Assembly: GCA_964645605.1 (NCBI GenBank)
Contig: CAZYCE010000002.1
Span: forward strand, 3,256-67,255
Direction: 5' to 3'
Length of the DNA stretch: 64,000 bases
Source of the DNA: an uncultured Gammaproteobacteria bacterium
Lineage (GTDB): Bacteria; Patescibacteriota; Microgenomatia; UBA8517
The position numbers and the translations under genes are program-made. This document shows, piece by piece, positions 11,186 through 20,174 of the stretch (its first letter is position 1; the number at the start of each line of letters is the position of its first letter). The notes beneath the pieces were generated by a model. The model had not been told where the DNA came from. It was given only the letters and a program-made list of their open reading frames with translations, and searched no databases.

Positions 11186-12453
11186 TATTTAATTCTTTCC
11201 AATTCCACATCAATAGTAGAAAGTCTATTGTATTTGGCCACTCTTTCTCCTCTTGAGGGTGCCCCAAACTTTACATAATCTGCAGAAACTCCAACTCCAA
11301 AATCGGCAATAAAACTATCATTAGTCTCACCTGATCTGTGAGAAACGATAATTTTCCAACCCGCATCGCGGGAAATCTTGATAACCTGTAAAGTTTCCGT
11401 AACCGTTCCTACCTGGTTTGGCTTAATCAAAATTGCATTACAAGCCTTTTCCTTAATAGCCTTTTCAACTCTTTTCGCGTTGGTACAAAGAAGATCGTCT
11501 CCGACCACTAAACATGTAGAAGACTCCTCTTTGGTGAAGCTTTTCCAAGCCTCCCAGGAATCCTCCGCAAAAGGATCCTCCAAAATGGCAAGCTTGTATT
11601 GCTCGATTAAGGAATGATAAAATTCCCCAAGCTGAGTGTCAGTCATTGCTGATGCCCTATCCTTAATAAAATAAACTCCATCTTTGTAAAAGGAGTCGGA
11701 GGCGACGTCCAGACCCAGCAAAACATCACGTCCCAGTGAATAATTTGTCTGGCGGATAGATTCTACAAAAACCTCTAGGGCGTCTGCATTTGTAAATAGA
11801 TCGGGTGCAAAACCACCTTCATCTCCCACTGAATGAATTGCTCCGCGGTGCTTAAGGTTATTCCCTATGGTTACGTAAATTTCTGATCCTATTTGGAGTC
11901 CTTGTGCATATGTTTTGGAAGAAGTGGGAATTATCCAAAATTCTTGAAAATCAAGGTTTCCGGCTCCATGTCTGCCCCCGTTTATCATATTAAAAAGAGG
12001 GGTGGGCACTTTAACACTATTACAGATGCCGTATTTTGTAGCCAAACTAAAAATCCAGGAATATAACGGCTGTCTGGTAACCATCGCTCCGCATTTTGCT
12101 ACAACTTCGGAAATGGATAGTATGGCATTAGCTCCATATTTACTTTTATTTTCGGTTCCGTCCAAAGAAATCAATTTTTTATCTATTGATTCTTGGTCAG
12201 TCGGATCCATTCCTACTATTGCTGGACCCAAAAAGGTGTTTACATTGTTAACTGCTTTGAGAACCCCCATTCCCAAGTATCTGGGATTCTCAGAATCTCG
12301 TAGTTCCAAGGCTTCATGAGTGCCTGTGGATGCACCTGAGGGTACCGAGGATACCGCGATTTCCCCACTATCAAGAAGACATGCGGCTTCTACAGTAGGA
12401 ACGCTTCTCGAATCCAGTATTTCTCTTGCCCAAACCTGTTTAATCTTGCTCAT
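11185..12453 (-). CDS. eno: Enolase
   Basis: VPSGASTG, GDEGGFAP, VGDDL, SHRSGET and RGERVAKYN motifs. Confidence 0.98.
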   Translation of the reverse strand: MSKIKQVWAREILDSRSVPTVEAACLLDSGEIAVSSVPSGASTGTHEALELRDSENPRYLGMGVLKAVNNVNTFLGPAIVGMDPTDQESIDKKLISLDGTENKSKYGANAILSISEVVAKCGAMVTRQPLYSWIFSLATKYGICNSVKVPTPLFNMINGGRHGAGNLDFQEFWIIPTSSKTYAQGLQIGSEIYVTIGNNLKHRGAIHSVGDEGGFAPDLFTNADALEVFVESIRQTNYSLGRDVLLGLDVASDSFYKDGVYFIKDRASAMTDTQLGEFYHSLIEQYKLAILEDPFAEDSWEAWKSFTKEESSTCLVVGDDLLCTNAKRVEKAIKEKACNAILIKPNQVGTVTETLQVIKISRDAGWKIIVSHRSGETNDSFIADFGVGVSADYVKFGAPSRGERVAKYNRLSTIDVELERIK

Positions 12454-12462
12454 AATTTATAG

Positions 12463-14730
12463 CTAAATTTCCTTTTCTACTTTCGCTACCACCCCCCTTA
12501 CCCTATCGATAGAGTCCGGATTAACGGAGATGCTTGTCACACCCCATCTAACAAGCTCTTTTACCAGATCCTCATATTCACTTGGCGCCTGACCACAAAT
12601 TGACGAGGTAATCCCGGCTTTATTGCATTTTTTGATCACCCTTTCAAGGGCCCAAAGTACAGCGGGACGCATCTCATTAAATTCCGATGCTACTTCGGAA
12701 TTGTCGCGGTCGGTCCCTTCAATGAGCATGGTCAAATCGTTACTTCCGATAGACACTCCATCTATCCCCACTTTTATAAAGTCCTCAATTTGTATAACGT
12801 TTACGGGTATTTCTACCATCATTAAAAATTTAAAACTGGGTTGTTCAAAAAGTCCCTGCACTGCAACCAGTCTTCTGACACGTGTCAGCTCCTCAGGTGA
12901 TCTCACAAAAGGAATCATTAAATTTAAATTATCATATTTCTCACGAACGTTTTTGATGGCCCTAAGTTCAAGATTAAACACTTCAGGGTTTGCGATGTAC
13001 CTGAAAGCACCTCTAAAGCCAAGCATGGGGTTAGGTTCAACCGGTTCCCAAAATTTTCCGCCCGGGAGACTCCTATACTCATTTGTCTTAAAATCCGTTG
13101 CCCGGTAAGTTACAGGTCTAGGGTAGAATGCATTACAAAAAGTTTCTAGTTCATGCGTTAACCTTGTTATAAAAGACTCCTGTTCCTTTCTTTTGATAGC
13201 TTCCTTCGGGTGAATTCCAATGTTGGCAATCATAAACTCAGCTCTTAAAAGTCCAACTCCGTCAACATTCATTTTGGCTATTTCTTTCGCCCTTTCCGGC
13301 TCAGCCAAGTTTACATATACCTTGGTTGCCGTTTTGATATTGGCATGCAGGGGTTTTTCCTTAGATTGAGCCTTCAAAGCGTCGGTTTTTACGACAGATC
13401 CGAGGAACACCTGTCCACTTTCCCCGTTTACCGTAACAATTTGACCATCTTTAAGAATTTTGGTAGCGTCTTTTGTGCCTACTATGCAGGGAATTCCGAG
13501 CTCTCTTGAAACTATAGCTGCATGGGATGTTTGGCCGCCTTCGTTGGTTATAATTGCAGCGGATTTCTTCATCGCAGGTACATAGTCAGGAGAAGTCATG
13601 GGGGCCACTAAGACATCACCCTTTTTAATTTTATCTATTTCTTTGGGTGATTTAAGGATCTTAACCTCGCCCGTACCGATTCCGGGAGATGCAGGAGATC
13701 CTGTAAGAACAGGAGATTCGGCAATTTTCAGTTCACCCATGTCCAGTTTAACAGACTTTGCCGTTTGTTTAATTGTCGTAACAGGACGGGTCTGAACAAG
13801 GTAGAGCTTTCCTTTTTCCATAGCCCATTCAGAATCTTGTGGAAAATAATAATGTTTTTGAAGAGCGTCGGCCCATTTCGCTAGAGTAATAATCTGTTTA
13901 TCTGTAATTTTTTGCTGATTTTGAAGCTTCTTAGGAACATCAATGATTTTAGGCTTACCTTTTGACCGCACTAATTGAATTTTTTGATCGGAAATTTCTT
14001 TTGAGAGAATATCGAAAGTTTCTTTTTGAACAACATAGGTATCGGGTACAACCGCACCCTGAACTATCATTTCACCAAGCCCCCAAACCGACTCGATAAT
14101 TATTCTTTCTTTATCATTTTTAACTGGATCAATCGAAAACATGACACCGGAAACCTCCGATTGAACCATTTTTTGAACAACTACGGAAAGTTTTACACTT
14201 TCGTGAGGAACTTTGTTAATAACGCGGTAGTATATAGATCTGGCCGTAAAAAGAGACGCCCAACACTGACGGACGGCATTAATTAAGTTAGCCTCCCCTT
14301 TAATATCAAGGAAAGTAATTTGTTGTCCGGCAAAACTGGTTCCCGGCATATCTTCTGCGGTTGCTGAGGACCTTACGGCCACCAACACATTTTTCATAAA
14401 ACCTGATAATTTTTTATATGCAGCAATGGTTTTCTGGGATACTTCTTCAGGGACTTTCCCTGTTATTATCATCTTGCGGATTTGTTTCGAGGCTATTTCA
14501 AGTTGCGCTGGATCATCTACATCCAAAACTTTTAATGTTGAATAAATTTTTGTTACCAAATCATTCTCTTCCAAAAACATATCATAGGCATCGACCGTGA
14601 GTGCAAAACCTGGAGGAACAGGAAACCCTGAGTTAAACATTTCGCCAAGGTTAGCACTTTTACCACCAACTAATTCGGTATCGTTTTTATCAATATCTTT
14701 GAAGAATGCAACTATGGGCAGTTTGGACAT
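12463..14730 (-). CDS. ppsA: Phosphoenolpyruvate synthase (pyruvate, water dikinase)
   Basis: GGKSANLGE, VRSSATAED, phospho-His motif TSHAAIVSRE, EPNPMLGFRG and SIGSNDL. Confidence 0.96.
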   Translation of the reverse strand: MSKLPIVAFFKDIDKNDTELVGGKSANLGEMFNSGFPVPPGFALTVDAYDMFLEENDLVTKIYSTLKVLDVDDPAQLEIASKQIRKMIITGKVPEEVSQKTIAAYKKLSGFMKNVLVAVRSSATAEDMPGTSFAGQQITFLDIKGEANLINAVRQCWASLFTARSIYYRVINKVPHESVKLSVVVQKMVQSEVSGVMFSIDPVKNDKERIIIESVWGLGEMIVQGAVVPDTYVVQKETFDILSKEISDQKIQLVRSKGKPKIIDVPKKLQNQQKITDKQIITLAKWADALQKHYYFPQDSEWAMEKGKLYLVQTRPVTTIKQTAKSVKLDMGELKIAESPVLTGSPASPGIGTGEVKILKSPKEIDKIKKGDVLVAPMTSPDYVPAMKKSAAIITNEGGQTSHAAIVSRELGIPCIVGTKDATKILKDGQIVTVNGESGQVFLGSVVKTDALKAQSKEKPLHANIKTATKVYVNLAEPERAKEIAKMNVDGVGLLRAEFMIANIGIHPKEAIKRKEQESFITRLTHELETFCNAFYPRPVTYRATDFKTNEYRSLPGGKFWEPVEPNPMLGFRGAFRYIANPEVFNLELRAIKNVREKYDNLNLMIPFVRSPEELTRVRRLVAVQGLFEQPSFKFLMMVEIPVNVIQIEDFIKVGIDGVSIGSNDLTMLIEGTDRDNSEVASEFNEMRPAVLWALERVIKKCNKAGITSSICGQAPSEYEDLVKELVRWGVTSISVNPDSIDRVRGVVAKVEKEI

Positions 14731-14778
14731 ATATTGTAATTATCGGTTAATAATAGGCAATTTTCAATGGGTGGAAAT

Positions 14779-15831
14779 CTAGTGCAAGGGTTGAGAAAGA
14801 TCACTTTTAAGCTTGAGTATCCAGGGCTCAGGACCCGGATCAACCCCATCAAGCATAGAAATGTAAAAACCGAGCCATGAACAATAATAAGGAAGTTCTA
14901 AAGCCTGAGTCAGCTTCGTTTTACCTTTTAATTTATAAGTTTGGTAGGCAAGTTTTTGCTCGTTTAAAATTTTCTTTGTTATCGAAAATCTAAGCCTTAC
15001 TCGCTCACTATTGAAATTACTTTCAAAAAAAAGATAGCGCATATCTTTTGTTGCCTCAGGAGATTTTGTTGCTTCAATAAGAACATGGTTAACCTCAGGA
15101 AAATCATAAAATTGTGTAAAATTCCTGGAGATCTCACACATGGCATTTCTGCCTGCATTAAGCGATCCTAAAAAGGGCCTGCCTCCGAAAAGAACAGGAA
15201 GACTTCCGTGCAGCCACTTAGACATTTCTGTGGCGTCCCAAGAATCTCTAATAACGAAAAGCTCCTTAAGAGAGTCAAAAAGTTCAAGCTCGGTTAAATT
15301 CAATATCTTGCCTTTTGCTAAAGCTCCGAGGAGTCCACCCAAGGAAATTCCTAAACCGCTTTTGGGAAAATTCGGAGGATTTGTCGAACCGGGTGTAATG
15401 ATGGCGCCGTAAATGTCGCCGGATTTGATCATTTCTCCAATTTGTCCACCCGTGGCTATTCCCAAAACCTTTGCTCCAAGTTTTTTCGCCGCATCAATTC
15501 CGGATAAAGTCTCCTCCGTGTTACCAGAATATGAATTGGCAACGACCAACGCTTCAGAATTAACCCATGCGGGGAGACCATAATCATTGTGGACAATGAA
15601 GGGAATCTTCATATCGCTCTCATAAAGACCTTGAATTATCTTTGCCGCATTACTGCTCCCCCCCATTCCCGTAACCACGACTGCTTTGCATGAAATTACC
15701 GGTATATTTGAAGTAACCGTTTGTTCCCAAGTTGTTTTAATTTGCTCGGGAAACAATGTAAGGGCCTCCATAACTCCCATTGAATCAAGTTTTTTGAAAT
15801 CTTCTAAATCTGTTAAGTCCATATTATGCAC
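14779..15831 (-). CDS. Bifunctional phosphoglucose/phosphomannose isomerase (SIS domain, PGI/PMI type)
   Basis: GMGGS, SYSGNTEET and PEVNH motifs. Confidence 0.88.
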   Translation of the reverse strand: MHNMDLTDLEDFKKLDSMGVMEALTLFPEQIKTTWEQTVTSNIPVISCKAVVVTGMGGSSNAAKIIQGLYESDMKIPFIVHNDYGLPAWVNSEALVVANSYSGNTEETLSGIDAAKKLGAKVLGIATGGQIGEMIKSGDIYGAIITPGSTNPPNFPKSGLGISLGGLLGALAKGKILNLTELELFDSLKELFVIRDSWDATEMSKWLHGSLPVLFGGRPFLGSLNAGRNAMCEISRNFTQFYDFPEVNHVLIEATKSPEATKDMRYLFFESNFNSERVRLRFSITKKILNEQKLAYQTYKLKGKTKLTQALELPYYCSWLGFYISMLDGVDPGPEPWILKLKSDLSQPLH

Positions 15832-17188
15832 GTATTATCGCCAGAACCTCATCGCGTTTTTCCTCCATCAATTCCTTAGATTTCGCTTCTAGAGTAAGAC
15901 GAAGTAGAGGTTCCGTATTAGAAGGCCTGACACAGAAACGGTAGTCAGGATACTCAATAGCAACCCCGTCGAGTCTGGAAACTTCTGCATTTGAGTACTT
16001 CCCTGCAATTTCATCCATCTTGCCTTCCTTATCTTGTACTTCACTATTGATCTCGCCGGAAATAAAATATTTATTCATGATTGGAGCCACAACATTGGAA
16101 AGTTTTTCCCCTGTTTCGCTTAAATACTCAAGAACCTGCATCGGTGGAATCATTCCGCAATCGGAATACCAATAGTCACGGTAGTAAGTGTGTCCACTGC
16201 TTTCGCCACCAAAAAGAGCATTTTGTTCTTTCAAAATCTCTTTGATATAAGAATGACCAACCCTACTAATTACGGGTGTGCCGCCGCACTCCTTAATTGT
16301 ATCAATGAGTGCCCATGTATATCTTGGGTCGTAAACTATTTTCTCCCCGGGGTGTTTTTTGAGCATCTGTTTAATAAGTACAGTATTCAAAAAATATGGT
16401 TCGACAAAAAGTCCTCCATCTGCACAGAAAAATACGCGATCGCTATCTGCGTCCCAGGTTATCCCCAAATCAGCACCGCTCTCCTTAACCAAATCCGAAA
16501 ACTCTACCCTGTTCTCGGGTACAAAAGGATCAGGTCTTCCTTTGGGGAAATTTCCATCGGGTTCAAAATTTAACTTTATTAGCTCAATCGGAAGTTTACC
16601 CATTTCCACAATTTTCTCAAAAATCTTTCCACCCAAACCAAAATTTGGGTTCAAAACGACTTTCATAGGCTTAATTTTTGAAGTATCTATCCAGCCGAGA
16701 ATGTGATTACAATAGTCCTCCCAGATATCCATTTTACGTACAGATCCTTTTTTATCTGACGCCAAGGTTTTACCAGAAAGGACAAAATCTCGTACTTGTC
16801 CGATACCGTGCTCCAGAGTCATCGGGGTGGGCCCTTTCTCAACCATTTTGAGTCCGTGCCACTCAGGTGGGTTATGTGAGGCTGTGGATTGCAAACCTCC
16901 CGCAAGTTTATAATTTCCCACACCGAAATAAAGCATGTCTGTAGACATAAAACCGACATCCACCACGCTTATTCCCGCATCAGTAATACCCCTGATGGCA
17001 CTGTCTTTGATTGCTTTCGAATGTAGGCGTATATCCATACCGATCATTACCTCGCCTTCAGGTTTTGTGAAGTCTACGAAACCTTGCCCAATTTTGTAGG
17101 CAATATCTTCATTGATGGAGTCGGGATATATTCCCCTTATGTCATAAGCTTTAAAAATTGTTTCGTCAATTTTCATTGATGTAATCAT
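15824..17188 (-). CDS. Phosphomannomutase/phosphoglucomutase
   Basis: FKAYDIRG, TASHNP, DADSDR, GESSGH and RPSNTEP motifs. Confidence 0.95.
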   Translation of the reverse strand: MITSMKIDETIFKAYDIRGIYPDSINEDIAYKIGQGFVDFTKPEGEVMIGMDIRLHSKAIKDSAIRGITDAGISVVDVGFMSTDMLYFGVGNYKLAGGLQSTASHNPPEWHGLKMVEKGPTPMTLEHGIGQVRDFVLSGKTLASDKKGSVRKMDIWEDYCNHILGWIDTSKIKPMKVVLNPNFGLGGKIFEKIVEMGKLPIELIKLNFEPDGNFPKGRPDPFVPENRVEFSDLVKESGADLGITWDADSDRVFFCADGGLFVEPYFLNTVLIKQMLKKHPGEKIVYDPRYTWALIDTIKECGGTPVISRVGHSYIKEILKEQNALFGGESSGHTYYRDYWYSDCGMIPPMQVLEYLSETGEKLSNVVAPIMNKYFISGEINSEVQDKEGKMDEIAGKYSNAEVSRLDGVAIEYPDYRFCVRPSNTEPLLRLTLEAKSKELMEEKRDEVLAIIRA

Positions 17189-17859
17189 TCTAATTGTTTG
17201 ATGATAAAAAGGTCAAGCTCATTAGTAAGATCGGCTTTCGATGTCTTAACTTTTATATCAACTTCTGCAAGAATATTTAATAGGTTTTTAAGTTCATCCT
17301 CTGTATATTTGGCGGCCTGAGACTTCAGTTTGTTAATTTTCCAAAACGGAAAGCCCGATGAAGACGCATCAGACTTTACCCAGTAAAGATCTCGAAAATG
17401 TCTTGAAATTAGAGTAAAAATAAATTCAGCCGGCTGCTTCTCTAAAATTTTATGAAGCATTGACACCTCACGGGTGCAATTTCCCGGCACAAGCCCATCG
17501 AGGAAATTCCAAAGTAGTACGGGAAGTTTAAATTCTTCAATTTTTGAATCGGCCGGAAAGCTTTTTAGGGTAGTGGCATTAAGTGTTCCTTCACTATATA
17601 CAATCAATGTCCCCGAAAGCTCCGTATATTTTTTATTTAGCCATGCGTAACTTTTTTTACTCAATTTTTTAAAATCTTTTAGAATAAAAAATCTTTCCGA
17701 TCCGAAAAGTGAGGTCGCCGATAGTATTTCTTCAAAATTATCTTTTAATTCATCAATGTAGGAAACTTCCCAAGAGCGGGAACGGGCAACGTCTATAAAT
17801 TTTTTCAATCGCTCGTACAATTTTGCCGTATCTTCACCATGCAATATAATTATCTTCAT
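17185..17859 (-). CDS. holA: DNA polymerase III delta subunit-like protein (short CPR form)
   Basis: IIILHGED start, SLFG motif and C-terminal AEVDIKVKTS helix. It is shorter than canonical HolA. Confidence 0.65.
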   Translation of the reverse strand: MKIIILHGEDTAKLYERLKKFIDVARSRSWEVSYIDELKDNFEEILSATSLFGSERFFILKDFKKLSKKSYAWLNKKYTELSGTLIVYSEGTLNATTLKSFPADSKIEEFKLPVLLWNFLDGLVPGNCTREVSMLHKILEKQPAEFIFTLISRHFRDLYWVKSDASSSGFPFWKINKLKSQAAKYTEDELKNLLNILAEVDIKVKTSKADLTNELDLFIIKQLE

Positions 17860-17875
17860 TTATAATTCCTCTGAA

Positions 17876-18298
17876 TCAATTTTTATTAAAATTATCGAAA
17901 TATTTATCGATCAAAATCTCCAATTTATCCTTAAAATTTCCCTTGCCGTGTCTAGTGTGGGCAATCAATGCTCCGGAGAAATTTTTTGGAATATGGCTGA
18001 TCTCGTGTAATAAAACCTTATCCTGTTCACGAGGTGATAGTTTATCAAAATACTTAGAAATTACTTCAATAATGTAAGCGGGTTCAACTTGAAGGGCATT
18101 TTGCCAAAGCTTCGGAAGTCCCCATGTCCTGGCGTATGCCCTGGCCTTAGATCCTTGTGATCGATAAAAAAATAATCTTTCACCAAGCAGGTAATCCAAA
18201 TGAAGATCTTCCGTCAAATGGAGCACGCGATCCTTGATATCGGGAGCTTCAACCCATTCAAACCTTGAATACTTCCGTGTCTTTCTTAGCTTACTCAT
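17876..18298 (-). CDS. Putative zinc metallopeptidase (HExxH), archaeal/phage-like small family
   Basis: LLHEISHIP zinc motif; ARAYARTWGLPKLWQ and YIIEVIS segments. Confidence 0.7.
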   Translation of the reverse strand: MSKLRKTRKYSRFEWVEAPDIKDRVLHLTEDLHLDYLLGERLFFYRSQGSKARAYARTWGLPKLWQNALQVEPAYIIEVISKYFDKLSPREQDKVLLHEISHIPKNFSGALIAHTRHGKGNFKDKLEILIDKYFDNFNKN

Positions 18299-18387
18299 TA
18301 GTTTTCAATCCTATCATACATGAAGCTCTGTGAGCAAAGATTCATATGTACTTTTTACACATGAAGTACAGAGTAAAGGGATTAAAA

Positions 18388-18633
18388 CTACAGCTTATAC
18401 ACTTCACTTCCCTCCTTAACTTCTTTTTCGGTTTTGAGACCGATTACATCCCCTTTACCGGCGGAATCTCTTTTTTCATGCTCTATTTGAATAGAATCTA
18501 CCGTTTGCTCAAAAAGATCTTCACCGTCCTTAACAAATTTAATTTTGTCTCCAACGGCAAGAGGGCTGTCAAGCTCAACAATAGCAACCCCAATTTTGTC
18601 GTAGAAATGTGTAACGGTACCAATTTTAAACAA
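18388..18633 (-). CDS. Small beta-barrel protein (translation-factor domain II or U32 C-terminal-like)
   Basis: IGTVTHFYDKIGVAIVEL...QTVDSIQIEH...GDVIGLK...VKEGSEVY pattern. Confidence 0.7.
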   Translation of the reverse strand: MFKIGTVTHFYDKIGVAIVELDSPLAVGDKIKFVKDGEDLFEQTVDSIQIEHEKRDSAGKGDVIGLKTEKEVKEGSEVYKL

Positions 18634-19141
18634 TCTTTTTCACCTCCTTTGCCTCTCCTATTTTAAACGCATGGGTCAAGGCAATTGCAAGTGCATCGGC
18701 AGCATCATCGAAATGAGTCTTCTTATGCTTTTCACTTTTTACCCTGGAACCTAATATTTTTCTGATGTGCAATTGAACCTCTTTTTTGTTTGCCCTACCG
18801 TTACCGGTGATCATTTTTTTAATTGTACCGGGGGCATACTCCTCTACTTTTACTTTAGTTTTACTGGCTGCAAGAAGCATTACACCTTGGGCCTGCCCAA
18901 CAGCAATTGCCGTTTTGGCATTATTGGAAAAAAAGACTTTTTCAAAAACGAAAACGTCTGGTTTATGCTTATTTATTAAGCCAATAGTTTCTTCAAATAT
19001 AAAATCGAGTCGTTTTTCTTTAAGAAGAGTTTTATCGGTTTCAATAAGCCCCCATTCGACAACCTCATTTCCTTTGCCATTAAGTCTGACCAGTCCAAAT
19101 CCGGTTGTTGCCGTACCGGGATCTATCCCTAAGATTAACAT
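18626..19141 (-). CDS. ruvC: Holliday junction resolvase RuvC
   Basis: ILGIDPG, EKVFF and DDAADALAIA motifs. ATG 19141 lies 7 nt after TATAAT. Confidence 0.96.
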   Translation of the reverse strand: MLILGIDPGTATTGFGLVRLNGKGNEVVEWGLIETDKTLLKEKRLDFIFEETIGLINKHKPDVFVFEKVFFSNNAKTAIAVGQAQGVMLLAASKTKVKVEEYAPGTIKKMITGNGRANKKEVQLHIRKILGSRVKSEKHKKTHFDDAADALAIALTHAFKIGEAKEVKKIV

Positions 19142-19169
19142 TAACAAGATTATATACTATTAGAACTTG

Positions 19170-19427
19170 TTATTTCTTGGTTTTTTTGGAAGACTTTGGC
19201 CAATTCGAAAAAATAAATAAATAAAGTATGTCCAAAATTCCTAAAGTATGTATAAGTAATAAAATTACAAACCATACTTTATGGCCGTTTTTTGCCGCTT
19301 TCCACAGTGCCAAACCCATCCAAAACAAACTCCAGATAGCTAAAGGAATAATAAATACGCTAAGCCATCCCGCAAAAAATCCGGGATAAAATGCACTTGA
19401 ATAATTATGTGCGTAAGAATTTATCAT
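19170..19427 (-). CDS. Small membrane protein (DUF5652-like)
   Basis: WSLFWMGLALWKAAK...WFVILLLIHTLGILDILY. ATG 19427 follows a GGTGGTGA SD-like site. Confidence 0.75.
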   Translation of the reverse strand: MINSYAHNYSSAFYPGFFAGWLSVFIIPLAIWSLFWMGLALWKAAKNGHKVWFVILLLIHTLGILDILYLFIFSNWPKSSKKTKK

Positions 19428-19502
19428 TTTTATCACCACCTTTCCACATTTTAATGTTAACCTGCTTTTAAGGGTCAATCAACATGAATTAAGAGAACTT
19501 CT

Positions 19503-19776
19503 TAAAGTTTTCCCTGATCAATCTCTGCAGTAAATGTTTCTATTCTCATGTTTTGAGGTAAATCAAAATGGTTTAATACGTATATTCGGCCGTATTTGTT
19601 ATTTTCCAAATTTTAGGTTCCAATGCGCTTTTCCTTACATAAATATCGGAGATCATTTCTTAAGGCAACGATATCAATTTCACCAAACATGCTTCTGAAG
19701 TTTCAGTCTATAATTTTATATCCCCTTTTGGAAAGATACCCTACTGCGAAGTCCTCGGCAAGCCTTTCGGCGTCAT
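19503..19776 (-). pseudogene. yraN: YraN family (UPF0102) nuclease pseudogene
   Basis: Manual translation gives ERLAEDFAVGYLSKRGYKIID*NFRSMFGEIDIVAL, with an in-frame TGA at 19703-19705 where Arg of the RN motif is expected. The start is out of frame and the 3' part is decayed. It sits in the usual position after rplS; boundaries are approximate. Confidence 0.8.
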
Positions 19777-20141
19777 TTATCTTTTTTGGCTCCACTCTTT
19801 ATTCTGCTACCAGCTTTCTTAAAAATCATCTCAATTTCCGTTGGAGCCTTGCTTCTGGTAAAGTAAAGTTTTGATCTTTTAACTCCCTCTGTACCTCTTT
19901 TAACTACAGTAATTCTATCGATTGTAGGAAGATTAACAGGAAAAATACGCTCAATCCCGACTCCCGCCTCACCGATTCTTCGAACCAAGAAGGTCTTTCC
20001 GGGTTCTCGCCCCTTTATGGCAATAACCATTCCTTCGAAGATTGCTTCACGATTTTTATCCCCGTCTTTAATTCTTTGGACGACACGAACTCGGTCGCCA
20101 ACACCAAATTGCGTATCTTTAATTGAGATTTTTAGTGCCAT
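19773..20141 (-). CDS. rplS: 50S ribosomal protein L19
   Basis: GDRVRV, FEGMVIA, GVGIERIFP and VKRSKLYF motifs. Confidence 0.97.
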   Translation of the reverse strand: MALKISIKDTQFGVGDRVRVVQRIKDGDKNREAIFEGMVIAIKGREPGKTFLVRRIGEAGVGIERIFPVNLPTIDRITVVKRGTEGVKRSKLYFTRSKAPTEIEMIFKKAGSRIKSGAKKDK

Positions 20142-20174
20142 AGTGGAACATTGTACTAGAAATGGCCTACATCT

